Assembly (NCBI GenBank): GCA_002698945.1
Contig: NZZV01000208.1
Location: forward strand, 31,069-93,712
Source of the DNA: Acidimicrobiaceae bacterium
GTDB taxonomy: Bacteria > Actinomycetota > Acidimicrobiia > Acidimicrobiales > Ilumatobacteraceae
Length of the DNA: 62,644 bases
Reading direction: 5' to 3'
Shown here: positions 37,454 through 47,016 of the stretch, in pieces
Layout: every line of letters starts with the position of its first letter
Position numbering within the stretch: the first letter of the stretch is position 1
The notes under the pieces: generated by a model
Seen by the model: the letters and a program-made list of their open reading frames with translations, nothing else
The model's database searches: none
What the model was told of the DNA's origin: nothing
Position numbers and translations under genes: made by a program

Positions 37454-39349
37454 ATGGCACGGCAGATCCCACTGACGAAGACCACGGCGAGGGCCGTCGT
37501 CGTCGCGGCCGCGCTCCTGAGCTCGTCGGCCGGGGTGCTGGCCTCCGGCGAGCCGCCCGCCGGCGACACGACGGTGGCGTCACCGCCGACGACCCCACCG
37601 ACGACGTCGAGCACCCCGACCTCACCGCCGACGACCACCACGACGACCACGAGCACCCCGACCTCACCGCCGACGACCACCACGACGACCACGAGCACGT
37701 CGACGACCAGTTCGACCAGCACCACGGTGCCGCGTACCGGCACGACGGTCGCCCCGACGACCACGGCCGCGCCGAGTACGACCGCACCCACCTCGGCTCG
37801 GTGCGCCCCACCCACGACGACCACGACGACCACGACGACCACGACGCTGCCCGGCGCCACGACCACCACGACGACGACCACCACCACGACGACGCTGCCC
37901 GGCGCCACGACCACGTCGACGACGACCACCACCACGCTGCCGCCGTGTCCGACCACGACGACCACCGGGCCGCCGACGACGACCGCAACGACCCCGCCCA
38001 CCACGGTGCCTGCGCCGCCGACCGCGCTCGGCATCACCGCACCGAAGGAGTTGCGCGACATCCTGCTGGCGATTCGGATCGTCGAGTCGGGCCAGCGGTA
38101 CGAGATCGGACCGAACAAGGGCGGAGCGTCCGGCGCGTATCAGTACATCGACTCGACCTGGGGGAACTACAAGGGATACCCGAAGGCGTACCTCGCACCG
38201 CCCCACATCCAGGACGAGCGGGCACTGGCGCACGTCGTCGGCATCCTCGACACCTGGGCCGGCGACGTGTCGATGGTGCCGGTCATCTGGTACTACCCGA
38301 GGGCGGCCCGCGACCCGGCGCTGATGGATCAGGTACCGATGCCCAATGCCGGCAACCGGCTCACGGTGCGCGAGTACCAGCACCGTTGGCTCGACGTGCT
38401 CGCGTTCATCACCGGGAATCCGTCGTTCTACTCACCGAACGCGATCCCACCCGACCTCAAGTACATCTCCGGCATCCCACCCGACCTGTCGCCGGACGAA
38501 CCGGAGGTCGACGCGATCTACGATCCCGGCACCGCCGAACCGACGGCGCCGATCGCGTTTCCCGTCCTGGGTAAGACGGCGATCACTCCGCCGATCCCGT
38601 GCGACTTCGACGAGTGCGAAGCCGGCACGAGCGCAATCCTGTTCGGCGTCAAGTTGCAGCCGATCCTCGCTGCCGTCGACGGTGTCGTCACCACCGTCGA
38701 ACACGGCCACGCTGCCTCCGGCAACGTGAGCGTGACGATCACCGACAAGGACGGACGCCGGTTCGTCTACGAGGGCCTCAACGACGACACGCCGGGGACC
38801 GGCGACGGTGCTGCACCTCCGTGGTTCCGCACCTCCGCACTCGCCCGTGTGGGCCAGCACGTGTACGCCGGGCAGATCATCGGGTTCATGGGCGACAGCG
38901 ATCCCATGCCCGGGCACACCGTGATCGCCGACGGCGAGGAGGTGTGGCCGCATCTCCGACTCTCGGTGTACGGCGCCGACGGGATCCGGCTCGACGCCGA
39001 TGTCATGGTGCTCGACGCGCAGCGACGACAGGCGTGCCACGTCGGGATCGGTCCGTGGTCGGTACCGATCGATCCGGACGCGGAGATCGCCGACGCGATC
39101 GACGTGACGACCTACGTGGCGGGCGGCTGGACGATCCACACGAACGCCACGGTGACGGCGTACGGCCAGTCGGCACTCATCGTGCCGCCGCAGGAGTGCG
39201 TCTGGGCCCCGGCTCGACCGTACGGACCCGGGGCCGCAGGGAGCCAGCCACCTCAGTACTGGGGTCTGCCGTTCGACATCGACACCCGCTACTGGGTCGC
39301 CGACGCACAGGCCCGGACGACGCTCGCGCCACGCACGCCGATCGGCTGA
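37454..39349 (+). CDS. Secreted Thr/Pro-rich protein with a lysozyme-like transglycosylase domain and a degenerate M23-like domain
   Basis: Signal peptide; ~155-aa Thr/Pro tract with internal 42-bp repeats (37608, 37650); IRIVESG...ASGAYQYIDSTW; PILAAVDGVV, GQIIGFMGDS, PHLRL. Confidence 0.75.
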   Translation: MARQIPLTKTTARAVVVAAALLSSSAGVLASGEPPAGDTTVASPPTTPPTTSSTPTSPPTTTTTTTSTPTSPPTTTTTTTSTSTTSSTSTTVPRTGTTVAPTTTAAPSTTAPTSARCAPPTTTTTTTTTTTLPGATTTTTTTTTTTTLPGATTTSTTTTTTLPPCPTTTTTGPPTTTATTPPTTVPAPPTALGITAPKELRDILLAIRIVESGQRYEIGPNKGGASGAYQYIDSTWGNYKGYPKAYLAPPHIQDERALAHVVGILDTWAGDVSMVPVIWYYPRAARDPALMDQVPMPNAGNRLTVREYQHRWLDVLAFITGNPSFYSPNAIPPDLKYISGIPPDLSPDEPEVDAIYDPGTAEPTAPIAFPVLGKTAITPPIPCDFDECEAGTSAILFGVKLQPILAAVDGVVTTVEHGHAASGNVSVTITDKDGRRFVYEGLNDDTPGTGDGAAPPWFRTSALARVGQHVYAGQIIGFMGDSDPMPGHTVIADGEEVWPHLRLSVYGADGIRLDADVMVLDAQRRQACHVGIGPWSVPIDPDAEIADAIDVTTYVAGGWTIHTNATVTAYGQSALIVPPQECVWAPARPYGPGAAGSQPPQYWGLPFDIDTRYWVADAQARTTLAPRTPIG

Positions 39350-39395
39350 CGCCGGCCGGGTCGCCTCGCCGATCGGGGGCTGGCGTTCGGGGCCG

Positions 39396-40367
39396 TCAGT
39401 CGCCGACGCGGCGGGCGTCTTCCACCAGGTTGATCTCGTACAGCACCTCGTCGAGCGCGTCGGCGGCCGTGATCGCGCTGAACCGCTGCGGTGTCTCGGG
39501 GGTGCAGCAGCTCGGAACCGGCGACAGGACCGTCCACGGTCTCGGGTGGCAGAACTGCACGACGCTGTACCGTTCGCCTTCGTACCCCGGCGCGGCGACG
39601 ACGCGATGCCAGCCGATCGGGATCACCCCGTTGGTGAGGCGTTCGAGCATGATCCCGGTGTTGATGATCACCTGTCCGTCCGGAGCGACGGCGTCGACCC
39701 AGCGATCGTCGACCTTGACCTGCAGCCCGGGCGCGGTCGCCCGCGGGAGCGCCGTGATCAGGTTGATGTCGCCGTGCTCACCGGCCCAGACGTGGCCGTC
39801 GCCCGGCACGTCGCCCATGGGCGGGTAGCGGATCGCCCGCGTCAGCGTCGGCCCGTCGCGCACCATGTCGTCGAAGAACGTCTCATGGCACCCGATGCCC
39901 ACGGCGATCACACGCAAGAACCGGCGCTGCAACTCGGCGATCGTGTCGTGGAACCGATACAGGACCTCGGTGATGCCCGGCACGGCCGCTTCGGGCGTCA
40001 CCTGGTCGGGGTACGCGGTCGGGAACTTCCGCTTGAGCGGATGTCCCGGCGGGATCGGCGACGCCCAGTTGAGCATCTCTTTCCAGTCGGGTCGATCGCT
40101 CGACGCGGCCGTCTCGACGAGTAGTCCGGTGTAACCCGTCTGACCGTGCGCCCCCGGCACGTTGAATTCCGCCTTGGTGTCCGGCGCGAGCGAGAAGAAC
40201 TCGGCCAGCATGCCGTAGGCGGTATCGAGCAGGTCGTCGCTGACGTCGTGTCGGGTGTACACGAAGCCGGTCTCGAGGCTCCGGCGCACCCCGTCGACGA
40301 CGGCGCGTCGGCGCTCACCGGTGTGCTGTTCGAACGCCAGCAGATCGACGTCGAGGATCTCGTTCAT
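39396..40367 (-). CDS. 2OG-Fe(II) oxygenase, isopenicillin N synthase family
   Basis: HGDINLIT, GLQV, WHRV, RYS motifs. Confidence 0.9.
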   Translation of the reverse strand: MNEILDVDLLAFEQHTGERRRAVVDGVRRSLETGFVYTRHDVSDDLLDTAYGMLAEFFSLAPDTKAEFNVPGAHGQTGYTGLLVETAASSDRPDWKEMLNWASPIPPGHPLKRKFPTAYPDQVTPEAAVPGITEVLYRFHDTIAELQRRFLRVIAVGIGCHETFFDDMVRDGPTLTRAIRYPPMGDVPGDGHVWAGEHGDINLITALPRATAPGLQVKVDDRWVDAVAPDGQVIINTGIMLERLTNGVIPIGWHRVVAAPGYEGERYSVVQFCHPRPWTVLSPVPSCCTPETPQRFSAITAADALDEVLYEINLVEDARRVGD

Positions 40368-40390
40368 GGGTTGACCTCCGCTGGTCGACG

Positions 40391-41401
40391 CTACAGCCCA
40401 GCAGGCGCGCCACCGGGCGCGAACACCGCCGGCATCCCCCCGGTGTGGATGAACACCACGTCGGCACGCTCGGGCCATCGACCCGCCTCGGCGTTGCCGA
40501 CGAGACCGGCGAACCCCTTGCCGCTGTACGTCCGATCGAGCACCCAGCCGCCGTGGCGAGCGGCCCACCGGATCGCCGCATCACCGGCGTTGGTGGGCAC
40601 CGCGTAGTCGTCGCCGATCCAGTTCGGGTCGACGACCACGTCGGATCGCTCGACGAGACCGCGATCTCCACCGAGCAGCTCGGCGGTGTCGCCGGCGAGT
40701 TCGACGACGTCGGGCAGACCCATGTTGACGCCCTTGGCGACTCCGATCGCCAGGATCTCGGGAACCTGACGGCCGTGGTCCCGCAACAGGGCCTTGCCGG
40801 CGACCAGCCCGGCGTGCGTCCCACCGCTCGACGAGGTGTGGACGACAGCCGTCGGGGTGAAACCGGCGGCGTCGCATTGGTCGAGCAGCTCGAGCAGTGC
40901 CCAGGCGTAACCGGCGGCACCTGTGGCGGTCGATCCACCGATCGGGATCGAGTACGGGGCGGCACCCGCCGCGGTGAGTTCGTCGGCCAGGGACTCACGA
41001 GCGATCTCGAGTTCGCCCCAGTGACTCTCCTCCGCCCCGGTGAAGTGCAGCTGCGCGCCGAACAACGCCGACAACAGCTGGTTGCCGGACGGCTGCGCCG
41101 GCCGGTCGCCCGACAGCACCAGGTGCACCTCGAGCCCGAGCACCGCACCCGCGGCGGCCGTCATGCGACAGTGGTTGGACTGTGACGCACCGACCGTCAC
41201 CAGCGAACGTGCCCCTTCGGCGACGGCGGCGCCACAGAGGAACTCGAGCTTGCGTGCCTTGTTGCCGCCCATCCCGAGCCCGGTGAGATCGTCGCGCTTG
41301 ACCCAGAGCCTGACACCTCCGGGCAGCTCCGGACCCCGTTCGAGGGGGGTCGGTAGCGTCGCCAGGCGCGCTCGCGGCAGATGACCGAACATCGCGTGCA
41401 T
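40391..41401 (-). CDS. D-cysteine desulfhydrase/ACC deaminase-family PLP enzyme
   Basis: KRDDLTG..GGNKARKLEF, SNHCR, SSGGTHAG, LDRTYSGK, HTGG. Confidence 0.9.
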   Translation of the reverse strand: MHAMFGHLPRARLATLPTPLERGPELPGGVRLWVKRDDLTGLGMGGNKARKLEFLCGAAVAEGARSLVTVGASQSNHCRMTAAAGAVLGLEVHLVLSGDRPAQPSGNQLLSALFGAQLHFTGAEESHWGELEIARESLADELTAAGAAPYSIPIGGSTATGAAGYAWALLELLDQCDAAGFTPTAVVHTSSSGGTHAGLVAGKALLRDHGRQVPEILAIGVAKGVNMGLPDVVELAGDTAELLGGDRGLVERSDVVVDPNWIGDDYAVPTNAGDAAIRWAARHGGWVLDRTYSGKGFAGLVGNAEAGRWPERADVVFIHTGGMPAVFAPGGAPAGL

Positions 41402-41484
41402 GATAGGGATGGGGACCGCGTCACATCTCTCGCCCCTCGAGCACGACACATCATCACGACACCGCACGACCCGCTCACGACGAC

Positions 41485-42141
41485 ATGACCACCGACTGGA
41501 ATCCACTCCTCCGTGCCGAGTTCGACCAGCCCTACTGGGCCGAGCTGCAGCGCTTCGTCGCCGAGGAGCGGGCCCGACACACCGTCTATCCACCCCACGA
41601 CGAGGTGTTCGCCGCGCTGCACCTGACGACGTATGCCGACACGAAGGTCATGATCCTCGGGCAGGACCCGTACCACGGGCCCGGCCAGGCACACGGCCTG
41701 TGCTTCTCGGTCCGGCGCGACGTTCGGGTGCCGCCGTCGCTCGCCAACATCCACCGCGAACTTCACGCCGACGTCGGCGTCCCGGTCCCGGACCACGGCA
41801 ACCTCGAGGCCTGGGCCGCCCAGGGGGTCCTGTTGCTCAACGCCACCCTCACGGTTCGCGCCGGCCAGGCCGGCTCGCACCAACAGCACGGCTGGGAGAC
41901 GTTCACCGACCAGGTGATCCGTACCGTCGACGCCAAACCCGACCATGTGGTGTTCATCCTCTGGGGCGGTTACGCCCGCCGGAAGAAGACGTTGATCGAC
42001 GCGTCGAGACACACCATCATCGAGTCGCCCCACCCCTCACCGCTGTCGGCACACCAGGGTTTCTTCGGAACGAAGCCGTTCAGCCGAGCCAACGACGCCC
42101 TGATCGCCCACGGCCAGACCCCCGTCGACTGGAGCCTCTGA
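41485..42141 (+). CDS. ung: Uracil-DNA glycosylase family 1
   Basis: GQDPYH, PPSLANI, LLLN, HPSPLS. Confidence 0.97.
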   Translation: MTTDWNPLLRAEFDQPYWAELQRFVAEERARHTVYPPHDEVFAALHLTTYADTKVMILGQDPYHGPGQAHGLCFSVRRDVRVPPSLANIHRELHADVGVPVPDHGNLEAWAAQGVLLLNATLTVRAGQAGSHQQHGWETFTDQVIRTVDAKPDHVVFILWGGYARRKKTLIDASRHTIIESPHPSPLSAHQGFFGTKPFSRANDALIAHGQTPVDWSL

Positions 42142-42199
42142 ACCGTGACACCCCTCATGAACCCGATCGTGAACCCGAGACGACTCCGGAGACGTTGAC

Positions 42200-43072
42200 A
42201 TGGCGTGGACCACGAATCCCAAGGTGACCGAGTTCCGTCGGCGCTCCCGACCGGTCGATGTGATCGTCGAGGTGCTCGACGGTTTCCGCCGCCATCTCAC
42301 CGGCCGGAACGCCGCCGTGCTCACCTACTACGGGTTCTTGACGTTGTTCCCGCTGTTCCTCGCCGCCAGCACCATCCTCGGCTTCGTCCTGGAGAGCCGG
42401 CCGGAGTGGCGCGACGACCTGCTCGACTCGGCGGTCGACTCCGTCCCCTTCATCGGGGACCAGATCGCGGCCGGTGAGATCTCCGGGAGCTGGATCGCCC
42501 TGACCGTCGGACTGGCCGGTGCCATGTGGGGATCCCTCAAGGCCTTCGTCGGCGTCCAGTCCGCGTACGACGACACCTGGGAGATCGACGTCGACGATCG
42601 GGCATCGGGCGGCAAACAGCGCGTTCGTGCGCTGATCGGGCTGGCCGCGATCGGCGGGTCCCAGGTCGGCAACGTCACCCTCGCCGCAATCGTCGATCGC
42701 GCCGGCCTGCCGGCCATCGGTCGGATCGCCCTCATCGCCGGCGGCCTCGCCATCAACCTGGTCGTCGTGGTCGTCATGTACCGATTCCTCACCTCGGCCG
42801 ACGTCACGTGGTCGATGGTGCTCCCGGGCGCCGTGTTCACCGCCGTGCTGTACACCGCGGCACAGTTCGCAGGCACGGCGCTCACCACACGGATCCTCGA
42901 CAGCGCCGACACGTACGGCGACTTCGCCGGAGTGATCGCGCTGCTGACGTGGCTCAGCCTGCACGCCCTCGTCAACCTGTTCGGCGCCGAACTCAACGCC
43001 GCGCTGAACCGACTCGACCGCCGCGGACCGCTCACCGACGAGCGACCGGTCACCGCCGCCGAGCCCGCCTGA
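42200..43072 (+). CDS. YihY/virulence factor BrkB family membrane protein
   Basis: AAVLTYYGFLTLFP, TYGDFAGVIALLTWL, FGAELN. Confidence 0.9.
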   Translation: MAWTTNPKVTEFRRRSRPVDVIVEVLDGFRRHLTGRNAAVLTYYGFLTLFPLFLAASTILGFVLESRPEWRDDLLDSAVDSVPFIGDQIAAGEISGSWIALTVGLAGAMWGSLKAFVGVQSAYDDTWEIDVDDRASGGKQRVRALIGLAAIGGSQVGNVTLAAIVDRAGLPAIGRIALIAGGLAINLVVVVVMYRFLTSADVTWSMVLPGAVFTAVLYTAAQFAGTALTTRILDSADTYGDFAGVIALLTWLSLHALVNLFGAELNAALNRLDRRGPLTDERPVTAAEPA

Positions 43073-43177
43073 TCCGGGCCCGCCACTGTCACTTTCGGGA
43101 GAATTCCGCTAGAACAGTGCGATCGGCGAGTTCAGCCCTGCTGGGCTCGCCGTCGTGTATCCCCACTACCTCCACTC

Positions 43178-45076
43178 ATGCTGTTCGCTGCCACCGAATC
43201 CGCCATCGGGCCCACCCTCGCCGTGATCGTCGGCGTCGGCATGGCCGCACAGTGGGTCGCCTGGCGGACCCAGATCCCGTCGATCATCCTGCTGCTGATC
43301 TCCGGTCTGCTGCTCGGTCCGGTGTTCGGCGTGATCGATCCGGATGCGTTCCTCGGCGAGACGCTGTTCCCGATCGTGTCGCTCTCGGTGGCGCTGATCC
43401 TGTTCGAAGGTGGCCTCGACCTGCCACCGCGCGAACTGAAGTCGACCGGCACCGTGGTTCGTCGTCTGATCTCGATCGGTGCGCTCATCACGTTCCTGGT
43501 CGCCGGCTGGGGCGCGATGCAGTTGTTCGACATCAGCCGCGGCGCCGCAGCGGTGCTGGCGGCGGTGTTGATCGTCACCGGCCCGACCGTCGTCGGGCCG
43601 CTGCTGCGATTCGTGCGACCGAGCGGCCGCACGGGCCCGATGCTGCGGGCCGAAGGCATCCTGATCGACCCGATCGGAGCGACCGCCTCCCTGATCGCGT
43701 TCGAGGTCGCGCTCACCGACGAACCGGGCGAAGCCCTCACGACCACCCTCGGCGTGGTCGGACTGACCCTGGTCGCCGGCATCGGCATCGGCTTCGTCCT
43801 GGCCTGGATCGTCGACCACGCACTGCGCAGGTTCCTGATCCCCGACCACCTGGCCAACCCGATCACCCTCGCGATCGTCGTCGTCGGCTTCGTGCTGAGC
43901 AACGAGGTCCAGGAGGAAGCGGGCCTGCTGACGGTCACGGTGATGGGCATCTGGCTCGCTCGCCGCGACTCGGCCGCCGTACGCCAACTCCTCGAGTTCA
44001 ACGAGAGCCTCCGAACCCTGCTGATCTCGGCGCTATTCATCCTCCTCGCCGCCCGCATCGAGACCGACCAACTGCAAGAGGTCATCGTCCCGTCGCTCGC
44101 GTTCCTGGCGCTGCTCGTGTTCGTGGCCCGACCGCTGTCGGTGATCGCCTCAACCGTCCGCTCCAGCCTGTCGTGGCGGGAGCGGGTCTTCCTCATGGCG
44201 ATGGCACCGCGAGGCATCGTCGCCGCGGCGGTATCGGCCATCTTCGCGCTCCGCCTCGAAGAAGAGGGAGTACGCGGGGCGGAGATCATCGTGCCGGTCG
44301 TGTTCCTCGTGATCATCGGCACGATCGTCGTCTACGGATTCTTCGCCGGGCCGCTCGCCCGCAAGCTCGGCCTCGCGGAGGCGCGTGCGAACGGTGTCCT
44401 CATCGTCGGAGCCCACCCGACCGCACGCGGGCTGGCCAAACAGCTGACCGACCTCGACGTCACGACGATGCTGGTCGACACCGACCCGTACAACGTCACC
44501 CGTTCGGTCGCCCTCGGGTTGCCGGCCCGCCGGCTCAGCGTGCTCACCGAGGACGCGACCCACGAACTCGACCTCCGCGGCATCGGCCGTATCCTCGCGA
44601 TGACACCCAACGACGAGGTGAACGCCTTGGCGACGACCCGCTTCGCACGCGTGTTCGGGCGCCGCGAGACGTTCCAACTCAAGCCGTCGTCGCGGCGGCG
44701 TCAGGGCGAACTCCCCGAGGAGATCCTCGGGCGGATCATCGGCATCGACGGCGTCGACTACTCCCTGATCGACGAACGCACCCGGCAGGGGTGGCGCGTC
44801 CGCTCCTCGCCGGCATCGACGATGATCACCACGGCGACCGAGGCCGACGAGTTCATCCCGATCGCCCGCGTCCTCGACGGTCAGCTGGCGTTCATCTGCC
44901 GCAACGACCCCGTCCCCAGTCAGGGGACCGTGATCGGCCTCGCCGCACCGTCGACCCAACAAGCGATCGACGAGCAGGCCGCCGAACGAGCCGAGCGCGA
45001 CGAACGCGAGGCGGTGGCTGCCGCCGACGCGCAGGCGGAGAACGGCACCAACCCCCCGGCCGACGAGACGGCGTGA
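43178..45076 (+). CDS. CPA1/NhaP-type cation:proton antiporter with RCK-like C-terminus
   Basis: LFEGGL, VTGPTVV, EGILIDP, APRGIVAAA, AMTPNDEVN. Confidence 0.9.
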   Translation: MLFAATESAIGPTLAVIVGVGMAAQWVAWRTQIPSIILLLISGLLLGPVFGVIDPDAFLGETLFPIVSLSVALILFEGGLDLPPRELKSTGTVVRRLISIGALITFLVAGWGAMQLFDISRGAAAVLAAVLIVTGPTVVGPLLRFVRPSGRTGPMLRAEGILIDPIGATASLIAFEVALTDEPGEALTTTLGVVGLTLVAGIGIGFVLAWIVDHALRRFLIPDHLANPITLAIVVVGFVLSNEVQEEAGLLTVTVMGIWLARRDSAAVRQLLEFNESLRTLLISALFILLAARIETDQLQEVIVPSLAFLALLVFVARPLSVIASTVRSSLSWRERVFLMAMAPRGIVAAAVSAIFALRLEEEGVRGAEIIVPVVFLVIIGTIVVYGFFAGPLARKLGLAEARANGVLIVGAHPTARGLAKQLTDLDVTTMLVDTDPYNVTRSVALGLPARRLSVLTEDATHELDLRGIGRILAMTPNDEVNALATTRFARVFGRRETFQLKPSSRRRQGELPEEILGRIIGIDGVDYSLIDERTRQGWRVRSSPASTMITTATEADEFIPIARVLDGQLAFICRNDPVPSQGTVIGLAAPSTQQAIDEQAAERAERDEREAVAAADAQAENGTNPPADETA

Positions 45077-45450
45077 TGCCCGCGGCGCCCGACGCGCTGT
45101 TCGTCTACGGCACGCTACGGCGCGGCGATGTCCGCTGGTCGTTCCTCGAACCGTTCGTGATCGACGATGGCGTCGACGACACCGCGTCGGGCACGCTGTT
45201 CGACACCGGACTCGGCTATCCGGCCGCGGTGTTCGACGGAGAGGGGACGATCGTCGGCGCCACCTTCCGGCTCGCCGCGGACCGCCTCGACGAGGCACTG
45301 GCGGTGCTCGACGAGGAGGAGGACACCGTGCTCGGTCTGTATCGCCGGGTCGAGGTGGTCACCGGACGTGGCGTCCACGCGTGGGCGTACGCCTACGGCA
45401 CCGGCCTCACCCTCACCCCCATCGCCGGCGGCGACTGGTCCACCCGCTGA
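45076..45450 (+). CDS. Gamma-glutamylcyclotransferase family protein
   Basis: LFVYGTLR, GYPA, LDEEE, YRR, AWAY; TGATG overlap with the upstream gene. Confidence 0.88.
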   Translation: MPAAPDALFVYGTLRRGDVRWSFLEPFVIDDGVDDTASGTLFDTGLGYPAAVFDGEGTIVGATFRLAADRLDEALAVLDEEEDTVLGLYRRVEVVTGRGVHAWAYAYGTGLTLTPIAGGDWSTR

Positions 45451-45469
45451 CCCCCGACGCCCTGCGCAC

Positions 45470-45512
45470 TGCGTGAACTCGTTGCGCACCCGGTGCGCAA
45501 CGAGTTCATGCA
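45470..45512. terminator. Near-perfect palindrome between convergent genes (bidirectional terminator or REP-like)
   Basis: tgaactcgttgcgcacc-c-ggtgcgcaacgagttca, with 17-bp perfect arms. Confidence 0.6.
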
Positions 45513-46939
45513 TTCGGCCGGTGGGCGTGGGCGTCGAGGAGGTGGGCGACGGCGGTCGTGAGTCGGCGGGCGGTCGGCACGTGGAGGTACTCGTTCGGAC
45601 CGTGGGCGTTGGCGTCGGGGAGCAGCACACCGGTGATCACGAACTGGGCGTCGGGGAACGCCTCGCCGAGCATCCCCATGAACGGGATCGAGCCACCCTC
45701 GCCGAAATGCCGGGCGGGCTCGCCGAACGCCTCGTTCGAGGCACGGTCGAGCGCATCCGCGAGCCACGGCGCCGTGGCCGGAGCGTTCCACCCGCTCGCC
45801 GAATCGGCGTGGGAGATCGAGACCCGAGCACCGTACGGCGGATTCGCCGTGAGCTTGCGTTCGAGTTCGGCCAGGGCGGCGGCCGCATCGGCGGTCGGCG
45901 GCGTCCGCAACGAGAGCTTGAGCGACGTCGACGGACGCAGGACGTTACCCGCGCGTGACGTCGGCGGGAGTCCGTCGGCGCCGACGACACTGAGCGCCGC
46001 CCGCCAGGTGCGCGAGATCAGCTGACCCGCACCGTGGGGCGTCGTCGGGCCTGCACCGGCCACGAACGGGTAGTGAGCGGCGATGGGTCCGATCTCGTCG
46101 GCGGTCGTGTGGGCCTGGTCGAGGCGCTCGTCGGGGATGTCGACGTCGCACGCATCGAGGAGCACCTCGCCGCTCGCCACGTTCTCGATCCGGTCGAGCA
46201 GTGCACGAGCGATCCGGAACGAGTCGGGCACCATCCCGGAGACGTCACCGGAGTGCAAGCCCTCGCTCACGATGTCGACCGTGAGCGTGGCGACGACGAC
46301 ACCTCGCAACGACGTCGTCACCCACATGCGATGCGGGTCGATGCAGCCGGAGTCGAGACAGACGACGAGGCTCGGCGTCCCGAGTCGGTCACGGAGGGCG
46401 TCGACGTGCGCCGGCAGGTCGGGCGATCCCGACTCCTCGCTCGCCTCGATCAGCACGACGCACCGTGCGTGCGAGCCGCCCGCCACCTGGACCGCCTCGA
46501 TCGCGGTCAGGCTGGCGAACACCGCGTACCCGTCGTCGGCGCCACCGCGGCCGTACAGCCGGTCGCCGTCGAGCACCGGCTTCCAGGGGCCGAGGTCGTC
46601 CCGCCACCCCTCCATCTCCGGTTGCTTGTCGAGGTGCCCGTACAGCAGGACCGTGTCGTCGGTGTCGGTGCCGGCACCCGCGCCGAAGGCCGGGATCTCG
46701 ATCACCACGAGCGGACTCAGGTCGGGTCGGTCGATCACCTCGACGTTCATGCCGGCGATCGATCGACCGCGACACCAGTCGACGACCAGGTCGACCGCCC
46801 GATGGATGTGGCCGTGCTCGCGCCAGTTCGGGTCGTACGCCGCACTGACGGCGGGGATCGCGATGTAGTCGTGCAGGACGGGGACGATGTCGTCCCAGCT
46901 GCGATCGACGTGGGCGGACGCATCGGCGGCGAGCGACAT
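45506..46939 (-). CDS. M20 family metallopeptidase/dipeptidase
   Basis: YGHLDKQP, GRGGADDG, EESGS, CLDSG, NAHGPNE. Confidence 0.92.
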   Translation of the reverse strand: MSLAADASAHVDRSWDDIVPVLHDYIAIPAVSAAYDPNWREHGHIHRAVDLVVDWCRGRSIAGMNVEVIDRPDLSPLVVIEIPAFGAGAGTDTDDTVLLYGHLDKQPEMEGWRDDLGPWKPVLDGDRLYGRGGADDGYAVFASLTAIEAVQVAGGSHARCVVLIEASEESGSPDLPAHVDALRDRLGTPSLVVCLDSGCIDPHRMWVTTSLRGVVVATLTVDIVSEGLHSGDVSGMVPDSFRIARALLDRIENVASGEVLLDACDVDIPDERLDQAHTTADEIGPIAAHYPFVAGAGPTTPHGAGQLISRTWRAALSVVGADGLPPTSRAGNVLRPSTSLKLSLRTPPTADAAAALAELERKLTANPPYGARVSISHADSASGWNAPATAPWLADALDRASNEAFGEPARHFGEGGSIPFMGMLGEAFPDAQFVITGVLLPDANAHGPNEYLHVPTARRLTTAVAHLLDAHAHRPNA

Positions 46940-47016
46940 GGACGGCACCGTAGACGACACCACCCGGTCACGTCACCGGGCGATGTCACCGGGCCGTCAC
47001 CGATCACGAGTGCGCT

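Noticed and set aside
36196-38118. 640-aa ROK protein with a Val-rich N-terminus
   Set aside because: The extension is the antisense of the Thr-rich gene; the ROK start is placed at 37242.
46963-47005. Short gtcaccgg repeats between divergent genes
   Set aside because: Too short and irregular to distinguish from chance in GC-rich DNA.
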